Below, one piece after another: positions 47,115-60,527 of a stretch of DNA of 64,000 bases. Origin of the DNA: Craspedostauros australis (Eukaryota); the NCBI GenBank assembly GCA_030167865.1, contig JALAGF010003770.1:1-64000 (forward strand), given 5' to 3'. The notes below the pieces were generated by a model. The model saw nothing but the letters and a program-made list of their open reading frames with translations. It ran no database searches and was not told the DNA's origin. Every line of letters begins with the position of its first letter. The stretch's first letter is position 1. The translations under genes were made by a program, and so were the position numbers.

Positions 47115-49299
47115 TTACAACTCTCCGGAGTCGACGACGGTGATCTTGGACTTTGGTGCTCCAGATCCGCTTCCGACGCCCTCGATGGACTTGACGACAT
47201 CATCACCCTCCAGGACCTTGCCGAAGACGACGTGGCGTCCGTCCAGCCACGCGGTCTTGACGGTGGTGATGAAGAATTGGGATCCGTTGGTGTTTGGCCC
47301 GGAGTTGGCCATGGAGAGGTACATTGGTCCCTCGTGCTGTTGAAATGGGAGATGAAAAGTGATGCAAAGGCGAATAGAGAAGTAATGCGGAGTACGGTCC
47401 GGACGAACAAGTGTTAGCCAACGAGTACGTGGGTGCGTGCAGCAGAGTGCATGCGATTGGCGATGTTCATTGCCAATCTTCTCTGGAACAAGCGTGGAGT
47501 GGGCAGAACTGTCTTACCTTGAGGTTGAAGTTCTCATCAGCGAACTGTTGTGTCCGATTGATGACGAGCCAGCAGAATCACAGTGGCACGGAGGGTCATG
47601 ATGGCGTGGTCACAAAATAGATCAGGGAAATGATGCAGTGTGAGAGGATGGATGCGAAAGTAGCCCAATGCGGCGTAGGAGTTCATGCACCGTGTCTTTT
47701 TGATGATCACTTGGTGCACAGAGAGGGGACACGGATGGAGAATAGAGTCAGCACATTCGCACTGTGTACACGTGCAGCTTGTCCTTACCTTCTCTCCATA
47801 GATAGATTCTCCTCCACTGTTCTCGCATGCGATTTGTGAAGTAGTCCAAAAGATAGACAGAGTAAGTGTACATTGGAGTTGGTGGTGGAAAGATGGAAGT
47901 GAGAAATGTGGAATGAAAGCGATTCGGTTGCAGACCCGCAATCGACGGCCACGGCAAAGCAGTGACATGATCACATAAAAAATACAGCCCAACCCCAACA
48001 CGAAAGCTTACCGTCCGTTGAACATGGTGAAGTCACCTCCCTGGATCACTGTGGGGACGAGATATCCATGCAACAAAGTGGAATGAAATGAAATCCGAGA
48101 GGTTGTGCAACGTGTGAGGACAAAATGAACATAGTCAATGCAAAGGCGAACTTCGTGCGATAGCTGCACATGAAGAATGTTGCGGAATGAAGATCCATCG
48201 CGGCTTCGACCTTCGTGGAGTACTCCACGGTGGAACGATTCCATGAAATCTCTGTCTCCATCGGTCACTGGCACGGCCCATCACTCGAACGTACTGAAGT
48301 TTGGAACTGAATGACAAGGAGAGAGGGAGAGGAAGGTAGCGATTGCATTTTTATGACCAAATCAAAGGTGAATCGAAGAAATGAATGGTTGGCATATCAA
48401 GAGGCAGTTGAAGTGGAATGAAGAGAATTAGAGTTGGCACGTGTGAGAAAGTGTGCACAATTCGGAGTCACGGGACATTCACCGCATGGCGAGTGTAGAG
48501 CAGCTACGATCATTCAGCCAACGCATTGGGGTATCCCGAAACATGGCACAATCACCCCACTTACTGACACGGTGGAAGATGGATCCCTTGTAGTGAAGTG
48601 GCTTTCCAGACTTTCCGACTCCCTTCTCTCCGGTGCAAAGGGCACGCTGTTTGTGTGATGGTTTGATGGGTTCGTTCGTTTTCAGGATATCAACGATGAG
48701 ATGAATGATTGTGCGAGTATGAACATTGGCGGAAAGATGTTGAGATTCACGTGGTTCACAACACCGGAGGAGAGTCGAATACGACAGATTCGGTACAAAC
48801 ATGCTCTGGATCAAAGCCATTGACGCGAGCACGCTCCTGCTGCCATACCGATGCTAATACTTACGAAGTTCTCGGCGGTCTTTGGGACATCATCACCGAA
48901 CAATCCCATGACGATGCGTCCCTTGGCGCCGCCATCGATCTCGACATCGAAAAAGACCTTGCTGGTGACAGTTTGTCTGCAGTGACCGAAGCGATGATGA
49001 TGGAAGGAACACGGGAAGCAAGTGAGCGAGTGAGTGAGCGAGTGAATGAAGAATGGAACGAAGGTCGGCAACGTGGATGTAAGCAAGCATGCCAGTCATT
49101 CGGAGCGGGCAAAGTGTGAAGGAAGAACCTCCGCGATGGATCGTACACCATGATGACCGTCAACTGTGTCTCTCTTGCAAACCTCCTTCCGAAACTTGCG
49201 ATTCGGAGCTGACGATCACAAACAGCAACAACAACGGCATGGCACGTACCCGCTGACGACAGCGAGGACGGAAAGCAAAAGAGCGGCGATGACCTTCAT
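47115..49299 (-). CDS. Secretory-pathway cyclophilin (peptidyl-prolyl cis-trans isomerase, CypB-like), 8 exons, 189 aa
   Basis: Exons 49299-49250, 48976-48865, 48646-48565, 48306-48295, 48048-48012, 47816-47789, 47544-47518 and 47336-47115 total 570 nt; all introns are GT-AG. They give a signal peptide plus VFFD...[16 protein letters not shown]...FHRVIPNFMIQGGDFT...[15 protein letters not shown]...[17 protein letters not shown]...[10 protein letters not shown]...DSGEL*. Confidence 0.92.
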
Positions 49300-49725
49300 G
49301 TTGATAGTTGTTGTGGAGTGGTTTGTGGAAGTGGAGCTATGGATGAGCCTCTTGAAATGGTGCAATTGTGAGAATGCTTGTTTGTGACTGTCGGAATGCA
49401 GGGAAGATGACGATGACGGGACGGTTTTGCTTCCGCGCTGCTGGTTTGTCTGTGTGCGATGGATCGCTTTCGTGTTCGCCTCGTGTTGTTTTCTCCATGG
49501 ATCTTCCTCGTTGTGTTTGGGGTTCGCAACGTCACAAGATTGACGTCCAAATCAATCCCGTTTTCACATTACATGAGGTTTAATCTAGAGTGACAGATTA
49601 GTTCATGTCGACCAGCTTGCAAGCGAGAGAGAGCCACTCCACCAGTACGAGTGGGACACAAGTGCATGATAAGGGCTCTGCTATTATCATATTATGCTCT
49701 CTAGAGAGAATCTCTCAATGCATTT

Positions 49726-52465
49726 TCATGTTGGCACCGACTCATTCGTCGACGGGAGTTCGGTTGGAGCTGTCGTCCCAGCAGGGTCTTCGATAGCCTG
49801 AGGATCTTCGTGGCATGGTTCGTCACCGCTGTTTCCATCGCTATCGTCATCGCTACTTGGGTTGCGTGGACTATTCTGGTTGTTCCCATGTTCGTATTCT
49901 TCGTCTGGTAGCTGTCTGTACAGGAAGGATGAGATGAAACTTTGATCTTCCCTGTTGCGAGTGTGTGTGGTAGAGAACACTTCCTCGTACAGCGCCGAGC
50001 CCTTCCTCACGACGACAACGATGCAAACGATGCCGAACAAGAGAAAGAACTTCTCCGCAAGGGACATGCCAAAGGTGAGCTCGCCGATCATCGGTTTCGT
50101 TTCATCATGGAAGCAGGAAGGGACAGGCCAGGTGCTGCCTCTCGCGATGCCTCCCTCGACGCCGCGGCATTCGAAGTACTGCTTCACGTTCCTCATCTTG
50201 TACGAAGTTCGGAGCAACCATCCGCACAAAATGGCAAAGATGGCGACGAATATAACAATGAGCACGCGGTACCTTTGCTTCAACTGGACCGTGTCATTCT
50301 TCTGCGACAGGCAACAGCCGCAGACGGCCGCTTCGTCGTCCGCCTCCATCCCTGTCAACGTGCTCAGGTCATCGAAGTGCGACGCATCCGGATCGGCCAC
50401 CCTGTCTCGTTGGAATGGAGTGGAGTCGTCGTCATCATATTCTGTGCTGCTGCCGTTGGGCTGTAAAAATCGGTACTCCACCCACGCTGGTGTTTTGATG
50501 CAGCACAGCAGAAGGGCAAGACTGATGAATCCCAGCAAAGTCAAGACGAAGACGAGCTGTCGCATTCCGGGGTCGTCGATGGACCTTCCGAGACCAGGGA
50601 AGAGTCTTACACGATCCATTTTGGTCGATATGGGCGGGCCCTGCATGACGACAACATCCTCGAACACCATCCCTTCAATCCTGTTGTTCTCATCGCCCAT
50701 GAGGACACCTGGTGATGCCTTGGGATTGTTGATCACGACATTGCGCAGCGTGATGTTGCGGAATTTGGAAGACCTGACTGCGTTGCACTTGCTGAACGGC
50801 ACCAGCGGCCAGCAAAGCGAGCACGGATCCGCGTGGCATGGATTGTTGCTGCACTCATATGTACATGGTAACAGAGTAATAGGACAGGTTCGGCACAGGT
50901 GCGAGAATTTGGAAGCACAGAATTAGGTACATTATGAAGCAATGACGCATGAACAATAGACATTCCAAGTACAAGTGCAGAACAACACACACAACGTAAA
51001 GCCATGCAAAGTAAAGATGCAGGACGATGCAGTCTGCGACATGATATGGACTCACTCGATGGCCTGCTGGGCTGGGCCGATCCAGACACCCCACTGCTCT
51101 GGGCTTTCCATGGTGACGTTTTGAAACAAGATGTCTTCGATCAATCCTGTTCGGTTGGAGTTGTCCCATTTGTCGTGCTGAAAGTCGCGGAATTTGAGGT
51201 AGATGCCCTTGTAGCTTTTGTACAGGTAGCTGTCCTTGAACGTGATGTTCCGAACCGTCGAGCCACCGATCGATCCAATTGTGAAGCCTAACCCAGATGC
51301 GTGGATGCGTTCGAACGTCATGTTGGATGAAATGCGGTTCCCGTTGTAGTTGTCCTTCACAGCGATGCAGTCGTCTTGATTCCAGATGTCGACATCATGA
51401 ACCTGACGTTGGCAGTGATCGTGGTGATACATAGTCGCACCGTGATGGGGAGTTGAGAATGTGCAGTCCAGACGTCGTCAGAATGCCCGGGAACGATGAA
51501 AACAAATCCGAGTGAGAGAATGCTGCAGAATAGTCGAGCCGACCACAATCGCATCGTTTCGTACCACTTGCCGCATCCCGCTTCTTCCAAACAGACCCAT
51601 GACCAAAGCACACCAACACAATCATTTTCATTGCACATGCCCGCAGCACAATGACAACAAGCGCAAAGCGCACACAAAAGATAGAATGCGCACTCATTGA
51701 ACTCACCCAGACGTTGTGACCAGCAATATCGATGCCATCCGTGTTGAATGCCGACAAGTCGAAGAGGCCGTGGCCATCCCTGTGCGTTCTGCGCGCGACG
51801 ATGCTCATGTCACGGATTTCCACGCCGTTGACATCTGACATGTAGAGGTTGTAGAGCGGCGCGTCCTGAAAGATGAGCTTCTCTATGAGGATGTTGGAGG
51901 ATGTGTTGAAATGCATGATGGTGGGTCTGAATTCCTGCAGTTGCAAGTACCCGACGAGCGGGAAACCCCACCACTGCGGGCCTTGACCGTCGAGGACGCC
52001 TCTGTGCTCGTTGCTAGTCAACGTGATGTTGTCGCACTCCAGGAAGAAGAAGAATGGTCGGGGATGTCGCTTCTGACCGTCAAGGTTGTCGATCCATGGC
52101 GTTTCCGAGAAGTCCCTCTCGAATGCGAGCTTGCCATCCACCTGGATGACGGCATCGTGCACACGCTTGGCGACCAGGCCGTGGTAGAGATGGAAGGTTT
52201 GGTTCGACGGGATGCGCAGCACGCTGGATGAGAGCTGCCGCAGCGCCTTCTGGAATGCGTCGGTGTTGTGGCGAATCACCTCACGAGAACGTTCGTTGGG
52301 AATGGCACCAAAGTCGCTCACGATGTCCAGGAATGTTGTCTCCGCTTGGCTTTGATGAACCAAGGAGAGGAGCAGAGAAATGCACAGAGACGTGGTCGTG
52401 GCCCTAGTGAGGCGGCGCCACCTGGTCTGTCGCTTTGGTCGCTGCCTTTGGTGGTGTTGCCTCAT
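49726..52465 (-). CDS. Glycoside hydrolase family 28 (polygalacturonase-like beta-helix) with C-terminal transmembrane segments, 3 exons
   Basis: Exons 52465-51707, 51402-51056 and about 50848-49726 (last acceptor less certain). Motifs: DFGA, GVLDGQGPQWW, NTDGID, NQDDCIAVK, TIGS and VRNITF. Three hydrophobic segments lie in the C-terminal third. Confidence 0.85.
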
Positions 52466-53112
52466 GATTTGAAACGTATGGAATGAAGTGTGTGAGATTG
52501 GTCTTGTGTTTGCAACCAAGTCCTCCCCAAAGACTATGGGATCGTCTGGTCTCGAAGATCTCTTGAGCAGAGTATGGCGCTCGACTCTCTGTAATTCCGA
52601 GTGATGTGCAGTACGAGGGCTGCCTGAAGCAATGGCCGTCAGGACTCGTGCCAACGGATGGAGAGGGAAAGTGGACGGAAAAGGAGGGAGTTCTGTTTGT
52701 GTTGGTCGGTGCTCTTTCTGCCGTGGGCGTTTGTGAAGAAGTTGATGGCGGCAACGATGTCCACGGACAAGGGAGGCAGACCAGAATGGAGTGGAGAGTA
52801 GAGAGTCGAGAATGGGCTGGTGATGCAATTCTTCGTCGTGTGCGAGCACCCTTCGTGAGAGTGTGGAGGTGTGGGACAGCGCGTTCTTTGTCGTTCTCTT
52901 TCGAAATGGCGAAATTTGTGGGAAATGTCACAACATGTTGATTGATTCGTGTCATCTGATCTGAATCTTCTTTGCCAATGGTCGCATCATGGCCGAGATG
53001 ATTACATGGACTACTCCATGTGGTATGTACGTCGTGCGTCGAGGAGCCGAACACAAAGTAGCACGTGAGACATTTCATGCCAAAACAAAAAGGCAACACA
53101 ACATTCATCGGG

Positions 53113-53166
53113 TGGTTGTTGTTGTTGTTGTTGTTGTTGGTGGTGTTGGTGTTGGTGTTGGTGTTG
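53113..53166. repeat. (GTT)n/(GGTGTT)n simple repeat
   Basis: gttgttgttgttgttgttgttgttggtggtgttggtgttggtgttggtgttg in the divergent GH28-LSm6 intergenic region. Confidence 0.8.
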
Positions 53167-53417
53167 GCAACAACAACATCCAATTTCACCAATGTTGACC
53201 GTATCCTTCGTGATTTCAAGGGATGCCCATTGCCATCATCATCAAGGCAACCTCGCCACACATCCTGAGACGAATACGGAGACAGAGAGGAAGAGCAAGC
53301 CATCAGCATCAATATCCGGATAAAGCGCAAGCAAGAGAATTCATACGCTTCATCCATCTAATATAATAAAAGGAGAGAGGGAGAGTGAGATTGCCGAGAA
53401 GATTGATCGAAGGAACG

Positions 53418-53962
53418 ATGTCATCAGAAGAAGCAAAGACGGAAGCCGCACCAGCGGCAGAAGACGACAGCGGCAAAGCAGGGGACAAGGTACGGATACG
53501 ATGGGAAACAAGGCATGCAGCACTGTGATGGCTGCGCGGTGAACAAAGTCTCAGGTTTGGGACGTCTGCTGTCCAATCAGTCTGCTGTGCGATTCAGCCT
53601 TTTCTTTTTCATTAATTCTCACGTCTCCCATCTTCACGACTCTACTCTACTTTGTCTGCTCCCCATCCTTTGAAATGAACTCCATGAATGCTTCTCGACG
53701 CACGTACACAAAACGCTGCGCGAACGAACAGAAGCGATCACCATCGGACTTTTTGAAATCTGTGCTGGGACGTCCCGTGCGGGTGAAGCTGAATTCCGGC
53801 ATCGAATACCGAGGCGTGCTGGCATCGCTGGACGGGTATCTGAACATTGCGATGGAGCAGACGGAGGAGTTCGGTCTGGACGGTCAGCTGAAGGCAAAGT
53901 ACGGAGACTGTTTCATCCGAGGGAACAACGTGCTCTTCATCTCCGCGCAGAAACGGAAATGA
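53418..53962 (+). CDS. LSM6: U6 snRNA-associated Sm-like protein LSm6, 2 exons
   Basis: Exon 1 is 53418-53489 (MSSEEAK...AGDK|gtacgg) and exon 2 is 53732-53962 (PSDFLKSVLGRPVRVKLNSGIEYRGVLASLDGYLNIAMEQTEE...YGDCFIRGNNVLFIS). Confidence 0.9.
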
Positions 53963-55764
53963 GTTTTGATGCGGATTTGCAGGAGATTGAATTGGATTGA
54001 GATGTGGTGTGGACGCTGGCGGTCCCAGTGTATCGGACTCTATCGCAGAGCACAATTGAGGAGGATACTCATGATGCAGGCAACAAACCACGCGTTCGGA
54101 ACAAAGTGTGTCGAGCGCAGCATCCACTAACAAAGCCATGTGTGGACTGTCAGAGAAAGAGAAAATCAGGCAGTCCAACACTGTGTCGTGGTGAGACATG
54201 ATACCTTCGAGTACTATGATACGACCTACCATACATTCAGGAAGTAAGGCATCTACCAATACACATCATACATAGAGGGCAGAAACACCCATTCTTGGAG
54301 GTGTGTGCTTTGATTGTGCTATTGGGAAACCCTCGCACGAGTAAGAAGAGAAAGAAAGGAAATTAGGAATGGGATTGAAGATCACGCGACAGACAGAATG
54401 ACGAGAACGCCGGAAGGTTGATTGATGGAACATGTCGTGTACGAGTAGCTCGTACTCTTGTGTAGAATACTCTAAACATCCGCAAAGAGAGAATGAAGAT
54501 GAATGTCATGAGCTGAGCGTTACCTCGTCTCTCTCCAGAGAGAGATAGAGAGATCAACAGGGTGCTACGAATGTCTCCGATGCATGCACTCTGCTCTGCT
54601 CAGGTGGACCAGAAGCGTACATCGTGTTCGACTCTCTCGGATAGCTTGTGGAGGGCTACCGTGGGTGTTGTCCAGTTGCGATTTTCGTTTTCTATTCCAT
54701 GATCTTTCTTTTGTTTACCAGTCACAGGTCATGTTTCATGCAAAAGGTACGTATAGTATGATATAATGTTATATGTTGCATAGAGCATAACGTGCTCATA
54801 CTCTAATATAATAGATCGTAGTACTCCCAAGCGGGGGGAAGGTGTCACCTGTCTGGTTTGGTTTTCGCCTGTTTCGGGAAAAGAAATGTGGTTGGTGGGA
54901 AGAGTGTCACTGTGACTGACACGCCCTCCGACACAACCACCAGTCAACACACAAATCGCAAAACAGGTTGACGACGAACAACACCGCGCAGCAGCCAACA
55001 GACCACCACCAAGAAAGGAGGTGTGCGAAAGACAATCGGATTCTCTCGACTCTCCCTCTCTCTCTCTCTCTCCAAAGCATCTCGCCATCGAGCTGCAACA
55101 CATGCACACGTATTCAACAACCTATTATAGAATAGTAGAATAACATAATAATACGTGTCATTGCAGTACCGCAGCAACGACAGTGACAACTTTGGAACGA
55201 TCCAATCACAACAACAATCACAACAACAATCGCAAGAGAGAGACAGGCGAAGCATTCTGCGAAAGACCGGCAACTGCATTTGCAAGCGAGTTTGAGTTTG
55301 CTCCTGCACTTGCATCTCCGTCTGCATTTGCATCTCTGTTTGCGTTCATCATCGTCGACATCATCGTCGTCATCATCAGCGCTGGTGCTGTCAGCATCGG
55401 GATCAACCACACAAGAGAGTGACCAGTTGTCCAAACACCACCCAAGCACGAATACGAAGACTAGCACGAATACTGATAGTCGTACTGATAGTCGTACAGC
55501 CAGAACACCAACCGGCAGAGTAGAGTAAAGGGGAGAAGACACAATCCACAATCCACATCATACTTGTACCAACGCTCATACCAAACGTTCATATTATACC
55601 AAACACCCACACAGAGTATTCGATTCAAGCCTCCCATAGCTCGTACCATATTATATAATACTATATCTCCCAACAACTTCAGACCACAGTGAACATCATC
55701 GACAGCCAATCAACAGCCAATCAACCACCAACCACCAATCAACAACCACCAATCAACAGCAACA

Positions 55765-57531
55765 ATGGCCGGCCTTCCAGACAAGATCGGGGAACACAAG
55801 GTGAGCCACCTCCTCAACGTGGCAAAGCAGGCAGTCGCCGAGAAGACGGAAGGATCCAAGATCATGGACGTCGCTGCCGAACGACGCATCCCCAAATTCC
55901 ACTTCGACGAACTCACGTTGGGACGCGTGCTGGGACGCGGCGGCTTCTGCGTTGTGCATGAGATCGAGGACATCGCGCTGCGCAAGCAGACCAACGCCGA
56001 GGATCCGGAGCAGACCGTGCCGAGCAACGACGACGAGCATTATATCCACAACATCGTCCAGGATCGGGACTTCATGGCCGGCCACTGCATCCGCCAAGGC
56101 AAGGATTGCCGATACGCTCTCAAGATCGTGCAGGAATCATCGCGCAAGGACCCGCAGCTCTTTGTCAATGCCGTCGTCGATCTGGCCATCGAGGCGCGCT
56201 TTCTATCCATCATCCGCCATCCCAACATCATCAAGATGCGGGCCATGGACGCCATCGATCCTTTCGCCGGAAATTTCTATCTCGTCCTCGATCGTCTCTA
56301 CGACATCATGCCAACACGATTGACTGTGTGGAAGAAACGCAAGACGAAGGGAATATGGCAAAAGATGACGGATCCGCGCGGCAAGCGCAAGATCGCCTTT
56401 TGGGTGGAACGTTTGACGGTGGCCTACGATATCGCATGCGCGCTGCGGTTTCTGCATCAGATGGATGTCATTTACAGAGATCTCAAGCCGGAGAACATCG
56501 GCTTTGATGTTCGGGGGGATGTCAAGATCTTTGATTTTGGTAAGTTCATGCGAAACTCGAATTTCGTGGCGTGCAATGGGATGCAACGTTGGTCGCCGGA
56601 TCCATGGTTGCAATGAGAGCGGCGTCGAAATTGTGAGCTGGCATACCAGTATTCGGATGGTCCAACTATGCAGCAATCCATGTGTAAAATTGATGCAATG
56701 CCATTGATGCAATGTCATCGATTCAATCCAAGGAAATGATGATTGCACCATCTTCGTCGTGCATCACATGACGGTGCCCCTGCCATTGCAACGCGAGTAA
56801 TTGCTCACACCACCCCGACATCTGACTCATGCGTACCATGCGAAAATGATCACAACTCTCAATACCTCCGATCACCACGAACGACAGGTCTCGCAAAGGA
56901 ATTGGACCCGCAAAAGCGATTGGAAGATGGAACTTTCAAACTGACGGGTGATACAGGATCCATGCGGTACATGGCGCCAGAGGGTAAGTCGTCGCCGAGT
57001 GGAGTTCACCATGATCGATCTGCCGGCTTCCACATGTGCGCAATTGACAGATGCCGTGCCATTCTGCCGTTGGTACGCGATTCTATCATCATACTCAAAC
57101 CATCCATGATTTCCTTCGCCTCGCTCACAATTCCATACACACGCTGCAACTTCAACTGCACATCTGCACAACTCTCTTTTGTATCTTGTCTCGCAGTCGC
57201 CAAATCCGAGAATTACAATGAAACCGCCGACGTTTTCTCCTTTTCCATCCTGCTGTGGCAAATGTCAGAGCTCAAAACACCCTACGAAGGCTTCACCATA
57301 CCCATGTTCCAAAAGCGCGTCATCCTCTGCAACGTGCGTCCTGCTCTCAATCCTAAATGGGGTTCGGAAATTTGTGCGATGCTCAGGGAATGTTTCATCG
57401 ACAATCCCAAACGCCCAACGATGGGCGATGTGTGCGACGTGCTGCGGGCGGAGATCAGCAAGCTGTCGGATGAAGAGATCGAGGAGATGGTGGACGAATC
57501 GAGGAAGAGCCGGATGTCGGCAGGAGAATAA
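55765..57531 (+). CDS. Protein kinase (diatom-expanded TKL-like family), 3 exons
   Basis: Exons 55765-56539, 56888-56983 and 57197-57531. Motifs: LGRGGF, YALK, EARFL...HPNIIK, YRDLKPEN, DFG, TGSMRYMAPE and ADVFSF. Confidence 0.9.
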
Positions 57532-58511
57532 TGCACAGCATTTCTCCTGATAAATGCCGCTGCGCTGTCGGTCCGAAGCAAGGCATTGCAACACACTGCA
57601 CTGCGACTGCACGTGTCTTCGTTGATGCTTCAAATATGAGCCTGAGTAATGTTACTATAACTGTTTGTAAGTCTACCATCGAATGAAATCTGTGGCGTTG
57701 GTCGTTACATCGTATTGTACGATTACGATCTATTGGCAGCAAGGAATGTCAACAGCCGTGGTGTATCATTTGCGCAAGTTCAAGAGAACTGATCCCACGA
57801 CGATCACTGTGATCGTCACCACGATAATCATGAGAGGAAACGACAGCCGACGCGATGAACCAGCCCCAGATGACAATGACGAGTACCGGTGCAGCCAGCG
57901 ACCCGACGTTGTGTTAGCTCTGGGGAATGCTCGGAATACTCCGTCACCGTCCGGCTCACTGCTGAACCGTAACGGTTGAGGCGTTTCAGAATTATGATTC
58001 ATAATCCATGGCGACGTTGATGATTGGTACCAGTGCGGAGGACGGTAGTGACAGAAGTATGGTATTGTACCACAGTATTTACATACAGACGTGATGAGCA
58101 CATTGATGATGATTGTATATGTATTGAACAAAATTGCCGCGCCATGAATGGGTGCGATGGGATGGCGGAGATGAAGGGTGGATGACGAGGAGGTTGGCGG
58201 TCATGGACACCGCCGAACCAGCGCGAAGAAGGTATTTGGAGGCGTGGTAGAGCGTATTTGTGGACATTGGCATGTCAGACCAGAAGAAGGAACAGAGGGA
58301 AGAGGAAGTGAGTCAACGCGAATTGACCACTTTCAACAACCTCAACGTCCGATCTCAGTGAGAGCATGCTTCTTTGACTCATCGCGGACTGTGCGACCCA
58401 TCTTTCCTTCATGCAAGTATTCATGCGCTGTCGTTGGTCTTCCGACCAGAGTAACGAGTCTGCGAATTGAGCTCCGCCCCTTCGCGCTCGCTCAAGTTTC
58501 TTTGGTCGGAG

Positions 58512-60527
58512 CTACGAATAGTATCGAGCCGACATCGCACTCTTGGCCGAATTGAAGACCCCTTCGTCTACTAACTTTTTGTCGGAAAGCTTGTTGATCT
58601 CTGTGCGGAGGACGTCGCAGATGACAGTCATAGCTGGTCGCCTTGGATTGCTGGCGAAGCAATCCTTCATCAGCAATCGGATAGCATTTGGCCATTTGGG
58701 ATCAACCTTCGGTCGCACGCCGCACTGCACTGCCTTGATCTCGACCATGTCATCAGTCATGTCCTTGTACGGAGGCTCCATCTGGCAGATCTCCCACAGA
58801 AGGATACCGAAGCTGTAGACATCGGCAGTGTCTGTGTAGGATTGGTTCTTGGCGACTGCAATGGCACAGAAAACAGGATGGAATGTATAATGAAATAAGA
58901 ACATGAAACGTGGTGAGTGAGTGAGTGAGCGAAATCATGCCGTTGTGATGCGCCAGCCATTGACAAGTGAATTGGAATGTACGGACAATGCCTGTATGCC
59001 GGCGTGCGCGCCTGCACGTACCTTCTGGCGCCATGTATCGCATGGTGCCTGTGTCGCCAGTCAGACGGAATCCCGCGCCACGCTTTGCCTTCTCCTCATC
59101 GTGCTCGACGGCCAAGCCAAAGTCGTACAGCTTGACATCATCTCGAACATCGAAACCCACGTTGCTGAGAACACAAGAGCGGAGAGAGGTATGGGCATGC
59201 AGATGGTGTGCAATGGAAGTGTCAGAGATGAAATGCAGATGAGTGCGCGCCCAGGTATGCATACTTCGAGTACCAGTGGCCTTCAACGCATCCTCCAGAA
59301 ACGGAGCGCACGACACTGCGGCACTGCTGGTAGACAAAAGGAAGCAATCAAATGAGGAAGGAAGTGAGGGAGAGCGCGTGTTGGAACTTACGTTGGCTTC
59401 AAGTCCCGATAGATGATGTTGAGATCGTGGAGGTATTCGAGGGCGGATGCGATGTCGTAAGCGATGGTGAGACGCTCCGCGAGGAATCGGTGTTGTCTCT
59501 TGTGGCCAAAGTCCAGGAACCATCCCTTCGCGTTGCGCTTGTGCCATTGCTTTGTGCGGCCCTTGAGCGTATCGTAGAGACGGTCGAGGATAATGAAGAA
59601 GTCGGGGCTGTACGGATCGCAGGACGCCACCCCTCTCATCTTGATGATGTTGGGATGTCGGACGACGGAAAGGAATCGTGCCTCCAGGACAAGGTCAGTG
59701 ACTGTGTTGACGAAGGTGTTTGCATCCTCTTTGCAGCCGTCCTGCATGATCTTGAATGCGTAGCGGCAATCGGTACCATCGCGGATGCAGTGGCTGGACA
59801 TGAAGTTGCGATTCTGAACGAGGCTTTGGAAACGATCCTCGTCGCTGTGCTTGTGCTTGCCCCCGAGGATCGGTCTGTCTAGGTCCTCGGGCTCGTGGTC
59901 GTCATCGGAATCATCATCTAGACTGTCCACTCGCTTCCGTCTGAGGATGATTTCGGTGATTTCGTTGACAACGAAGAAACCACCCTTCCCCAACATGGAT
60001 CCAGTCGTAATCTCTGCGAGTGCAAACAAGAGTGGGTGGGTGCACGCGATTGGTTGGTTGGTTGATTGATTCATTGGCGCAAGAGGAGACAAGTAGGGGG
60101 AGCAAGGGAGGCATGAGCGGAATGTGAAAGTGAGCCGACCAGTCAAAGTGGATTGGAACGAGTGCACCGTTGCAGGTTGTGGTGGTGATGAATGAAAGCG
60201 GGAAGCAGTACGTCGCTGCCACGAGATTGTACGTGAGAATGACACAGGCGCACGCATAGGCACACAGCCGTATAACTCACCATTGCGATCAAATTTGGGA
60301 ATACGGTCTTCCGCCGCCTGATCAAAGATCTCCCAGCCCTTCGTTCTGCTCGTGACATTCTGCTTTGCTTTCTGCAGGAGATAGGTTTGGGTGTAGTCTC
60401 CGATCATTTTGTCTGCCTCGTCTTCGTCTTGCAACGCGGTGACGTTGTCGGTTGCTTGCGGTGATGATGATCCCGATGCCGTGGCATCATCGTCCGCTGG
60501 ATTCAGGCACAGAACGTCTGCTGTCAT
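58512..60527 (-). CDS. Protein kinase, paralogue of the neighbouring kinase, 4 exons
   Basis: Exons 60527-60281, 60013-59392, 59164-59022 and 58855-58512. Motifs: LGKGGF, YAFK, EARFL...HPNIIK, YRDLKPTN, DFG, TGTMRYMAPE and ADVYSFG. Confidence 0.9.

Noticed and set aside
49183-49208. Possible extra micro-exon in cyclophilin intron 1
   Set aside because: It would need a 41-nt intron, and direct splicing of exon 1 to exon 2 already gives an in-frame, sensible sequence ([14 protein letters not shown]).
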